In this document: positions 1 through 8,924 of the stretch, piece after piece
Numbering within the stretch: the first letter of the stretch is position 1
Layout: the number at the start of each line of letters is the position of its first letter
From: Thecamonas trahens ATCC 50062
Lineage: Eukaryota > Protista > Apusomonadida
Assembly: GCF_000142905.1 (NCBI RefSeq)
Contig: NW_013657679.1
Coordinates: 634,114-698,113, forward strand
Length of the DNA stretch: 64,000 bases
Reading direction: 5' to 3'
Position numbers and translations under genes: made by a program
The notes under the pieces: generated by a model
Told to the model about the DNA's origin: nothing
What the model saw: only the letters and a program-made list of their open reading frames with translations
Databases searched by the model: none

Positions 1-762
1 GTCAAAGTGTGGCGTCTCGTCCATGTGCTGCAGCAGCCTCCCGGGCGTCGCCACCAGCAAGTTCATCCGCAGAATTCGCACCTGCTCCGCCTCAAAGTCC
101 TTGCCGCCAATGACCAGCCCGGCCGAGAAGACATGGCCCGAGCCGACGGTCCGGAGGACTTGGAAGATCTGCGCCGCCAGCTCGCGGGTAGGCGAGATGA
201 CCAGCGCCCCAAGGCCATCCATGTGCGACCAGCGCGCCCGGAAGAGCGTCTCCAGCACAGGAATGAGAAAGGCAAGCGTCTTTCCAGACCCCGTCTTGGC
301 CGCGCCCAGCACATCGCGCCCGGCCAGCGCATGCGGCACCGCCGCCCGCTGGATGTCGGTCAGCTTGGAGAAGCGACCCCTCTTGAGGCCAAGCTTGGTC
401 GGTTCCGACAGCGGCATGTACCGGAAGAACCGTGGGAACATCGACGAGTCATTGCTAGACCCAGCTAGCTTGGAAAGTGGTGTTGCCTATCCCCATACCA
501 CCGCCCCAAAGCCATCCATGTCAGTCCCCCTCCGCTCCCAGGTCGACCCGGCTTCAGGATGGTCTGTTTCGTTCCCATCCATCTCAGCACCCCCCCCCCC
601 ACACACACACACACACACCCACACACACACCCTCACACGTACACCACGAGGCGGAGTCGACTGGGCAACCCTCCGCTCTAGCTCAGCCATCATCTTCTCC
701 TGGGAAATCTGTCGGGATTTGCGAGCCTCCCGGCTCCGAGCCAGCTTCCTCTTGCGGACCAT
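1..762 (-). CDS. DDX10: DEAD-box RNA helicase DDX10/Dbp4, 5' part (runs off window); exons 762-643 and 486-<1
   Basis: Spliced translation MVRKRK...PPRG|ATPLSK...[55 protein letters not shown]...[19 protein letters not shown]...[16 protein letters not shown], giving the Q motif, motif I and motifs Ia/Ib with Dbp4-type flanks. Intron 642-487 is GTACGT...TAG, phase 0, with a branch-like ACTGAC. Confidence 0.9.
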
Positions 763-1073
763 GGCGCCGCTGGTTGAGAGAGTCGAGTGGAGGAGTACCA
801 TGAGCGACGGCCTGTCGTGCTCACCATCATCACCAGCCAGCACGATCACGTTCATGATATTGGTAAGGTACCGGCCACAGACCACATGGAGTGGCTTACA
901 CCTTAGTCGAACACCTGTATTGCGTGCGGTTCATGCAAGTCGCTGATCATGCCCATCCCAGCCGGTAGGAATGCCTCTCACTCGGCAGCCGCGAGCCTCC
1001 TTCGATGGATGGCATCAAACCATGAGTTGGTGGTCCTCGCAAGAGATGCACGTCTATCTCAACTGGTGTGGCC

Positions 1074-2971
1074 ATGATCGATGCGAATGATAGCCAGCCA
1101 CTGCCTCAGCTCGAAGCAAATGACGTCACTTGCCCTGCCACCGTGGCTGATGCTGATACTGGTGGCCACTCGACTCCAAGCAAAGGGCTGAGCATGGCAG
1201 GGGTGCTCCCAGTGGTTGTGGATGCCATGGTTGATGCCATCGACACCTCGTCCTTGCTCCAGGCATACTGTCCCTACTGCTCTGTCTACTCGAGCTGTAT
1301 CGAAGACATTGCCCAGCGTATGTACCATGCCTGTCCCCCTCCTCTCCCTTCCCCCCCCCCCCCCCCCGCCCCTCACCTCGTCCGTTGGGCTCCGGCGTGA
1401 GAGAGCGCGGAGACAAATTTCAACATTTTTACGCAGCGCTCAACCACGACTCACACCCACCATCCAACGACATACACTCGCTACTGCTCCTTGCTGCTCC
1501 TTGCTGAGCACTACAGAGACGCAGCATGGCTTGGCTTGCCTCAACTGTGGTGGGGCATACTCGGTACCGGCCCTGTCTTACGCTATAGCTCTCATTGTTC
1601 AGGGTACCAGTGCTGACCCGCACTCGCCGTTTCAGAGTACGTCAAAGTTTGGCCTCTTGCCACGGCCATGGAGATGATGACAAGTGTGGGGATGGAGAGA
1701 GGCGGGATCAAGAGAATGGGGGAGGAGCATGGGTGACTCACTGTGCCATGTGTGGGGCTACGTGTGGGGCTACAGTTGATCTCGCTGGTGACTGGCTCGA
1801 GTCGGTCCTTGGCGGGGATGCCCAGTTTGTGTACAACTGCATGTGCCAAGCCGAGGCTGCGCTTGCTGATGCTGGCATCAATGGCTCGGCATGGGATCTG
1901 CTCGATGAGGTCATGCAGGGCTTCTTTGTTGGCGCTGACTTTCGGCTGCAGTGTCTCATCAAGGACGGCGTGCCCATTCCGTTGGCACGACGCGAGCGGA
2001 GTGCGTTCAAGGAGCTGACCGCGTCGCGGCTCAACACGCAGAGAGCGGCGTCAGTCGGCCCGTCGGCTAAAGGCTCGCCCTGTGGCAGCGGACGAATCTC
2101 GTCGCTCAAGTCACTGACAGCGGCGGCCGGCGGATTCGCGGTCGAGGACATCGCGCTTCTCCGCCCGTCCGGCACGCTTGCCAACGCCGAATCGGTCCTT
2201 GAGGCTCTCGAGGCTGCGCTGAATGAGGTCCTCGAAGCAGCCATTCCTGCTCCAGCGCCGACATCGGCTAACTACCACTACTGCGTGGACTCACCGCCGC
2301 GGAGCGGCAGCAGCCATCGCTTGCCACGGCCGGACCTCCCGCTGCAGGGCATGACTGCGCCCGAGACGCCGACGCTGGCGCGGCACAACACACCATCGGC
2401 ACTCGACACGCTGCTGGATGATGCGCCGGCAGCCATGTCCATGTCCATGTCGGTGCACTCGGAATCGCTCTCACAGTCACTCATCGCCTCGTCGCAGCCT
2501 GTGCCGGACACACCGGTCTCACTTCAGCGGCGCTCGTCGCTAGGCGCGTTTGGCCTTCACTCGCAGCACGGCCGCTCACCGTCGACGTCGCCGCCAGCGC
2601 TCTCGCTCACTGACATTGCATCGACGTCGGTGGTTGGATCAGCAGCGCCCAAGAAGCCGCACATGTCGCGGGCCGACTCACAGGCGTTGCGCGAGACGCA
2701 GACCTTTGACGAGCCAGGATTTTGCTCGCAGTTCTTCTCGCCAACCTACTCGTCGCGATCGCATGCATGCCCGACTGCCGGGCTGTTCTCAGTCTCGCCG
2801 ATTGCCCGCGGCTCGCCGACGCGCCACCCCGCATCTTCATTCCGCCTCTCTGCGCTCTCAGCGCCGCCGATGGCTAGTGTCTCGTCTGCAGCCTCGATCC
2901 AAGCTGGCCCCCGCTCTCCCTCGCCAAGTCCGGTCCCCGACCAGGACATCGCCAAGCGACTCGCCTTCTAG
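1074..2971 (+). CDS. DDIAS/Noxin-like protein (RPA1-C-type OB fold with Cx2C-x19-Cx2C zinc ribbon, long Ser/Pro-rich tail); exons 1074-1317, 1517-1636, 1776-2971
   Basis: Introns 1318-1516 (GTATGT..CTACAG) and 1637-1775 (GTACGT..GACTCAC..CTACAG) are both phase 1 and join three ORF fragments into VDAIDTSSLLQAYCPYC...LACLNCG...YAIALIVQG...FQIDLAGDWLESVLGGDA...LLDEVMQGFFVGADF. This parallels the DDIAS N-terminus as I recall it. Confidence 0.6.
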
Positions 2972-3159
2972 CAGAGTCCATACCCGAAAATGGCCACTAA
3001 CTGTAAACTTGGGCCAATGCCTCTCCCCCCTCCCCTCCGTCGCCGCGTCAGCTGGACTTGGTCGCCAGCGACTGGTCTCAGCGCGTCACTCACTCGCTCA
3101 CGGCCAGAGAGCGGCGAGACGAGGCACCTCACCTCGGCAGCGACCAACCATTGGACGCC

Positions 3160-3777
3160 ATGGCAACAGAGGAGCAGATTGTGGAGCTCAAGATGATGGT
3201 GGGCTCACTTGCGGGAGCTGGGATGTTCCTGGGAGCGCTGCGTGGCATGCGCGAGGCGGTGGAGCTGGCGCCGGGCGCGGGCAACCAAGCAGCGATGGCG
3301 AGGCTCTCGTTCTCTACCGTCTCGACAGGCGTCATCTTTGCTACCATGGGCGCCACGTTTTGGGTCTCTCGCGAAGGTTTTGCTGCTCTTCGTGATGCGC
3401 CTGCTCCCAACTTTGTGGATACCAGTCTGGCCTCGGCCGCCACTGCATCGCTCGTCATCTTCCGCGCAGGCTGGCGTCCAGCTGCTCTGCTGGCACTGCT
3501 CGCTGGTGCCGGTGGCCTGGTGGTTGGCCTCGCCATGGACGGCCTCGAGTCTGTGGTTGATGGCCAATCTGATGCTGCTGAGGCTAACGATGGCGGCGTC
3601 GCCGATGCCGATGCCGATGCTGATGTGGATGCTGACGCCGACTCTTTTCCGCAGCGCGACTACACCCAGGTCGCCGGCTCGTTCTCGACCTCACTCAACG
3701 CCCAGCTCCGTCGGATGGAAGCCGTCGAAGCAGCTCTTACTCGATCGCGCGAGGCGGCGAACTCGGGCGGCGCGTGA
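3160..3777 (+). CDS. Tim17/Tim22/Tim23-family membrane protein
   Basis: gccATG start; about four Gly/Ala-rich hydrophobic segments with GxxxG spacing ([11 protein letters not shown]; [11 protein letters not shown]; [14 protein letters not shown]; [12 protein letters not shown]); acidic DA-repeat tail. Confidence 0.6.
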   Translation: MATEEQIVELKMMVGSLAGAGMFLGALRGMREAVELAPGAGNQAAMARLSFSTVSTGVIFATMGATFWVSREGFAALRDAPAPNFVDTSLASAATASLVIFRAGWRPAALLALLAGAGGLVVGLAMDGLESVVDGQSDAAEANDGGVADADADADVDADADSFPQRDYTQVAGSFSTSLNAQLRRMEAVEAALTRSREAANSGGA

Positions 3778-4129
3778 TGCTGTCCACGCCGACGCAGTTT
3801 GCATGGCCACTGTCGGCCACCAAGCCGCGAACATCCGCCCACCCACCCATCATCAAACCGCGATCATCCCCCCCCCTCCCCCCCCTCACCCCCCTCACCC
3901 CATGCACAATCACACCCGTCGCGCGACCATATTGAACCCACTCAAGACGACATCAGACCATCAGCCGTATGATTATTGCCCCAGCCGCCAAGACCCGGCG
4001 ACACCATCGGCGCCCGCGGCCAACACGACTCGATCCCCACTCCCCCACCCACCCACTCCCCACCTACCCACACATCCGCACACACCACCCACCCACCCAC
4101 ACAGCACACACACCTCACCCCCATACACC

Positions 4130-5008
4130 ATGACCACGGTATTCCTTGGTGTACGTACCATTTCCCATCCCCCCATACCCACCCCCCACCCCCACCCACC
4201 CCCCCTCCCCCCCCTCCCTCCTCCTTCCCCAGGTCGCATTCCTCACCACCACCACCACCACCCTCTCCTTCTTCAGCCGATCGATCATGACATGGTGAGC
4301 ACCCTCTCGCCGTCATCCGCTTCCAAGTCGCTTGTCACACTCTCGAGTGCCACTCTCTCTATTCTCTCCAATGCATGTGCTCAGCAGCTGATCTGGGCTC
4401 TTGATGCTGCTCCCTCCTTTGACCAGCTCGTTGACGTTGTTCGCATCCTTGCTCCTGGTGCTGTCTTCCGCTTCATCGGCAGTGATGCTGATGCTGCTGC
4501 AGCTCTGCCAACGACATGCATCATGGCAGGCCTTGTTGAGCCGGCAGTTGCCAACTCGATTGTTGTCGCTGCAAAGCCGGCGTGGGAAGTCGGGACGGCA
4601 AACTCGCTCAATCTGCGCAAGCCCATCAACAACGCCGCCCCTGCTGCCGGTGCTACCTGGTCGCTTGGCGCGTCGGACCTGGTGGACGACGACGTTGCAG
4701 AGCTCATTGACGAGGACGATTTGTTGGACGACGATGATGCGGCGGCTGCGGTGACTGCGCCCAACGACGACTGTGAGGTCGGCGCCGGCGGCGTGCGCAA
4801 GGCGTGCAAGGACTGCACCTGCGGCCGCGCCGAGGGCCAGATGGAGGTCACTCCCGAGATGGCGGAGAACCCGGTCTCCTCGTGCGGCTCGTGCTACCTC
4901 GGCGATGCCTTCCGCTGCGGCACGTGCCCGTACCGCGGCCTCCCGCCGTTCAAGCCTGGCGAGAAGATTGATCTCAACGCGCTCGGCATGGACGCCGTCG
5001 ACCTGTAG
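4130..5008 (+). CDS. CIAPIN1: Anamorsin/Dre2 (cytosolic Fe-S assembly); exons 4130-4150 and 4277-5008
   Basis: C-terminal cysteine motifs [18 protein letters not shown] and [30 protein letters not shown]; LIDEDDLL linker; KPAWEVG motif. Intron 4151-4276 GTACGT..CAG. Confidence 0.95.
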   Translation: MTTVFLGVRTISHPPIPTPHPHPPPLPPLPPPSPGRIPHHHHHHPLLLQPIDHDMVSTLSPSSASKSLVTLSSATLSILSNACAQQLIWALDAAPSFDQLVDVVRILAPGAVFRFIGSDADAAAALPTTCIMAGLVEPAVANSIVVAAKPAWEVGTANSLNLRKPINNAAPAAGATWSLGASDLVDDDVAELIDEDDLLDDDDAAAAVTAPNDDCEVGAGGVRKACKDCTCGRAEGQMEVTPEMAENPVSSCGSCYLGDAFRCGTCPYRGLPPFKPGEKIDLNALGMDAVDL

Positions 5009-5079
5009 CTGTCTAGCAGAACAAAGGCGTGTGTGTTTGTAGTGGCGTAGCACGGTGCACAGCACAGTTGGTGCGCATC

Positions 5080-8000
5080 TCACATGATGCCGTCACCGGC
5101 TTCGAGACCGAGCGCCGATGCCTCCGTCTCGGACGACGCCGAGCCCGAGTCCAGCGCCGGCTCGGGCGTCGCCGCCGGATCGGCCGGCACGGGCGTCATA
5201 GCCGGCGAACTTGGGCTGTCGCTCGAGCTGGAGTTGGAGCTCGGGCTCGAACTAGAGCTCGAGTTAGACGAGTCGGACGAGTCCGACGAGTACCCGCTGT
5301 TGCGATTCGAGGCCTTGCTTGGTGTGATGACGTACGACGCGAGGTCCCTCGACGGCGCATGACTCATGGGATTGATCCGGCGCGGCGTCGACGGAGCGCC
5401 ATACTCGCTGCCGTACTCGCCGCCGTCGCCCGAAATGACCGATGAGTTGCACGATGCCGAGACGTCCGAGATCGAGACGGCGGCCAGCGAGGTCGACGGC
5501 TGCGAGCGCAGCGATGGGCTGAGCAGACGCGAGCCGACGGGGCTATCGGGCTCGGGCGGAGGCGAGCTGTCGGATTCGTCAAAGAGCCGGACAACTCGGC
5601 CGTGACCGGCGTCGCGGCCAACGTCGACCGGCGTCTGACCGTCTGCATCGCGCGCGCCCGGGTCGGCCCGGCGAGCAAGGAGAAGCGCGGCGATGGCGCC
5701 GGATCGCTCTGTGGCCGCCGCGATGTGGAGTGGGCTTTGCCCGCGCAGGTTGCGGGCATAGACGACGCCGCCCGAGTCGAGGAGAAGCTCGACCATCTGC
5801 AGTGCGCCAGCAGGATTATGCTGCGCCCCGCGGGCAGCGGCAAACAGCGGGGTGTTGCCGTAGCGGTCGCGCGCATTGGCGTCGGCCTGTCGTGACAGTA
5901 GCCACTGCGCAAGCTCCAGCGCGCCGGCCTCGGCCGCAAAGTGCAGTGCGGTCCGCCCGAGGTGGGGCTCGATAGCGTCGACGTGATAGTCTGCGATTGA
6001 GGACTCCAGATAGTGGTAGGCGTCGACGCGGGCGAGATTAATGTCGTCGGCGCGGGCAACTCGCCACTGCAGGGTGAGGTCGTCAGCCGGCGCAACGTAG
6101 CCGCCGACGTCGATGTGGATGGTTACTGGAAGCGCGACGTCCTCGCCCGGCAGCGGACGATGGCGCGCCACGCCCACAAAGAACGTGCCCGAACAGTCGG
6201 TGAAGGCCAGCGACGAGCCGCTGACAACCGGGCTCAGCCGCCACTCGGCCGACGCCATCGTCGGCTCGTGGTTGGTGTTGGAGACCGTGAGGCTTGCCAG
6301 CGCCCACATCGGCTCGGCCACCACCGCCAGCGTGAGCGACGTCGGCTCAAGCCCGAGCTGGATCTCGTGGAATGTCCAGAGCTTGCCGACCTCGATGACC
6401 GCGTCGATGGCGTAAGTGACTGCAAACGGCTCCATGACGGAAGCAATCTGTCGCTCTTGGGCAGTCTTGGCGATGAGCTCGGCCTCCAGGATCTTGTCGT
6501 TCATCGCCTCCATACGCCGAACCTCCTCCAGCGCCCGCGGGTGCTTGGGCTGACGCGCGGGGTAGATGACCTTGGGCGCGCGCGGCCACGGCCGCGGGCC
6601 CGATGGCTCGCCTACCGTGGCCTCGGCCGCAGCCTCGGCTGCCACCTCGTCGTCGGTCTTAGCTAGGAGCTGCTGGATAGACGTTAGCATTGTCTCCATT
6701 CGCCGCACCGGCTCGAGGAGGCTCGCATCAGACTCGACGTCAAAGCTCGAGCCCGGCTGCACACGGGCTGGTGAGCCCGGCGTGCCGGGCTCGTGCGAGT
6801 AGCTCCGACTCGCATGCGGACTGAGACCAAAGTCCGGCGAGAGCGGGGCAGGGGCAGATGCCAACTCGGCCAGTGACGGCAGGGCCGGTGCCGGTGATGG
6901 AGCCTTGCGGCGCCGGCGGCGATGGCGGGGCTGGCGCTGGCACTGTTCCCGTCGCGCCGTCGTGTGCCGGACCTTGCTTTGCACCTCGTCGTGGTCCGAA
7001 ACTTCGGTCGGCGAGAGCAGGTCAAGCTTCGCCGGCGCAGCCACCGGAGACGGATGTGGCTCGGGCTGTGGCGCTCTCCGCCTGCGGCGGTGGACCTGGG
7101 GTGGGAGCCCGCTGCCACCGTTCACGGTTCCGCCAGCCTCGTCGCCGTCGTCGTCGCGGAGGTAGTGGAGGACGGCACCGATGAGCTGATCTGTGTGCTT
7201 GGGTGAGGCACCAATAGCAGACGCCTCTTCCAAGATCGACATCAGCTCTGGAGGCAGCGTGTCATCGTCCGAGGTTGTGGCGGGAGGCGGATTTGCAGGA
7301 CGGCGGCGGCGGGGCTTGCGGCGGGCCTCTGGCGGAATTTCCTGCTGGATCCGGCGGCGGCGTGAAGGCTGTCGGGCGGGTGCGGCAAGCGTCGGCTGCG
7401 GCGGGAGCGCATACCGCGAGGCGGGCACGACGCAGCCGCCGTCGCGTGCAAGAGACTGGGCGGGCGGTGGGAGGCAGGGTGGTAGAACTTTGAGGCCCTC
7501 GGGCTCGACAAACAGAGCACGATCGGGAGCAGCAGAAAAGTAGCGAACACCATCAATGGAGCCATCGCAGTTGCCGATGGGATCGGCCATCTCCACCCCG
7601 ATCCACACCTTACCGGCTGGCCCAAACCCGGTGGTGCCGATGAAACGGACTTGACCCGGGTGATCCATGACTGCGACTCGCGCACCAACCACCAACGGCG
7701 ATGGCGAGCGAACAGCAGAACCGCCAACCGCCGCCACGGCGGCAGCATTCTGTGGCGAGCCCAGACTAGGCTCGCTCTTGCCATGTTGCCCTTGCCGGTG
7801 GTGGTTACGACGACGGCGACGACGATCAGGCGGTGACGACGACAATGATTGCGGCTCAGTCGAGGGCGAGAGAGAGCGAAGAAGGGCGCGGGCCGAGGGA
7901 GCGCAGCGAGATGGACGAACAAAGATGCCATGCCGCTCCTTGCAGCGAAAGTATGTGACGTTATCGACAGTTCCGTTGTTGTGACCCTTGCGGGTAGCCA

Positions 8001-8127
8001 GCTCCAAGCCGAGCCATGTACCAGGGGCAAAGAGAGTATGGCCCACAAAGCGGATAGTGGCAGCAGTCTCTCCGTCGAGCACCACACGTTGTCCCACAAC
8101 CAGTGTGGTCTTGAGTTGGCTCCCCAT
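5080..8127 (-). CDS. Protein with two N-terminal CAP-Gly domains and C-terminal ankyrin repeats
   Basis: WLGLELATRKGHNNGTVDNVTYFRC...GIFVRP and WIGVEMADPIGNCDGSIDGVRYFS (CAP-Gly); GRTALHFAAEAG, GNTPLFAAA, GQSPLHIAA, GQTPVD (ankyrin). The first in-frame ATG is at 8127; the ORF-track start at 8286 is TTG. Confidence 0.85.
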   Translation of the reverse strand: MGSQLKTTLVVGQRVVLDGETAATIRFVGHTLFAPGTWLGLELATRKGHNNGTVDNVTYFRCKERHGIFVRPSRCAPSARALLRSLSPSTEPQSLSSSPPDRRRRRRNHHRQGQHGKSEPSLGSPQNAAAVAAVGGSAVRSPSPLVVGARVAVMDHPGQVRFIGTTGFGPAGKVWIGVEMADPIGNCDGSIDGVRYFSAAPDRALFVEPEGLKVLPPCLPPPAQSLARDGGCVVPASRYALPPQPTLAAPARQPSRRRRIQQEIPPEARRKPRRRRPANPPPATTSDDDTLPPELMSILEEASAIGASPKHTDQLIGAVLHYLRDDDGDEAGGTVNGGSGLPPQVHRRRRRAPQPEPHPSPVAAPAKLDLLSPTEVSDHDEVQSKVRHTTARREQCQRQPRHRRRRRKAPSPAPALPSLAELASAPAPLSPDFGLSPHASRSYSHEPGTPGSPARVQPGSSFDVESDASLLEPVRRMETMLTSIQQLLAKTDDEVAAEAAAEATVGEPSGPRPWPRAPKVIYPARQPKHPRALEEVRRMEAMNDKILEAELIAKTAQERQIASVMEPFAVTYAIDAVIEVGKLWTFHEIQLGLEPTSLTLAVVAEPMWALASLTVSNTNHEPTMASAEWRLSPVVSGSSLAFTDCSGTFFVGVARHRPLPGEDVALPVTIHIDVGGYVAPADDLTLQWRVARADDINLARVDAYHYLESSIADYHVDAIEPHLGRTALHFAAEAGALELAQWLLSRQADANARDRYGNTPLFAAARGAQHNPAGALQMVELLLDSGGVVYARNLRGQSPLHIAAATERSGAIAALLLARRADPGARDADGQTPVDVGRDAGHGRVVRLFDESDSSPPPEPDSPVGSRLLSPSLRSQPSTSLAAVSISDVSASCNSSVISGDGGEYGSEYGAPSTPRRINPMSHAPSRDLASYVITPSKASNRNSGYSSDSSDSSNSSSSSSPSSNSSSSDSPSSPAMTPVPADPAATPEPALDSGSASSETEASALGLEAGDGIM

Positions 8128-8418
8128 TCCCCGCTCTATCCAAGTACAGAGTCTGGCTTGGGTTGGTGGGGGGTGGGGTGGTGGCTGCGGCCGTGGCTGT
8201 GGCACTGGCTGTGGCCTGGTGGCGCCAATTCCCCGGTACAACCGGCCCAAGGTGGCTGTGAAGCCGGCATCGTCGTCGGCGGCCAAGGCAGATAGCTCTG
8301 GCTCTCTTTGGCTTTCTCCAACCGAACGCGCAGTTGGTGGGGGTGGGGCACTCGATCGGGGGTGACGAGAAAGGGGTGATGGAGGTAGTTGAGCGTGCGC
8401 GGAGGAGTGGAGCTTACT

Positions 8419-8810
8419 TTACATCACATCGGTAAACTCGATGAGAAAGAGAGGACGGGCGGCCCTCTCGTCGTAAAACCACAATCTCGGGATAGTTGAT
8501 GACAGAGTCGTGTGCAGCCACGCCGTGGACAGAGTGATAGCTCTCCGATAGTGCCTTGAGCGTACGTGCGTTCTTCTTGTACTCTGCCGATTGTCCGACA
8601 ACGACTGCGGCGACGATGAGAAACTGTGTCTTACTCGTCCGACGCAGGCCGGTGGCCGACGCATTGGAAGCGTAGTTGCGCGCCTTGGACGAGACCGGCA
8701 TAAAGTAGAGCTCGTGGCCAAATCGTTCAAACAAGACGACCGATCTCGAGCGCGAGAGGAAGAACCTCTGTCGTGAGACCCCGCATGCGCCGCAGTTGCC
8801 CATGCTGCAC
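8419..8810 (-). pseudogene. Truncated, frameshifted PARP-like ADP-ribosyltransferase catalytic domain
   Basis: CSMGNCGACGVSRQRF...RFGHELYFMPVSSKARNY...FLIVAAVVVG...SYHSVHG...NYPEIVV, then after removing one T near 8476: YDERAARPLFLIEF*. The order matches PARP motifs FGxGxYF..SK..Y / HSVxG / EyvvYd..P.yli. The N-terminal HG motif is absent. Confidence 0.7.
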
Positions 8811-8813
8811 GGC

Positions 8814-8871
8814 GTTGGGCGCGATGTGGGTTGGGCGCGATGTGGGTTGGGCGCGATGTGGGTTGTGCGCG
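8814..8871. repeat. 16-bp tandem repeat (GTTGGGCGCGATGTGG) x3.6
   Basis: Three perfect copies at 8814, 8830 and 8846, plus a partial copy. Confidence 0.9.
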
Positions 8872-8924
8872 TGCGGCGGAACGAGAAAGAGACGGGGTAC
8901 GACGAGTACGTTTACGGCTGACGT

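Noticed and set aside
3209-4129. N-terminal half of the 599-aa ORF as a fusion to anamorsin
   Set aside because: It is an off-frame read-through of the Tim17-like gene and C-rich intergenic DNA; the real gene starts at 4130.
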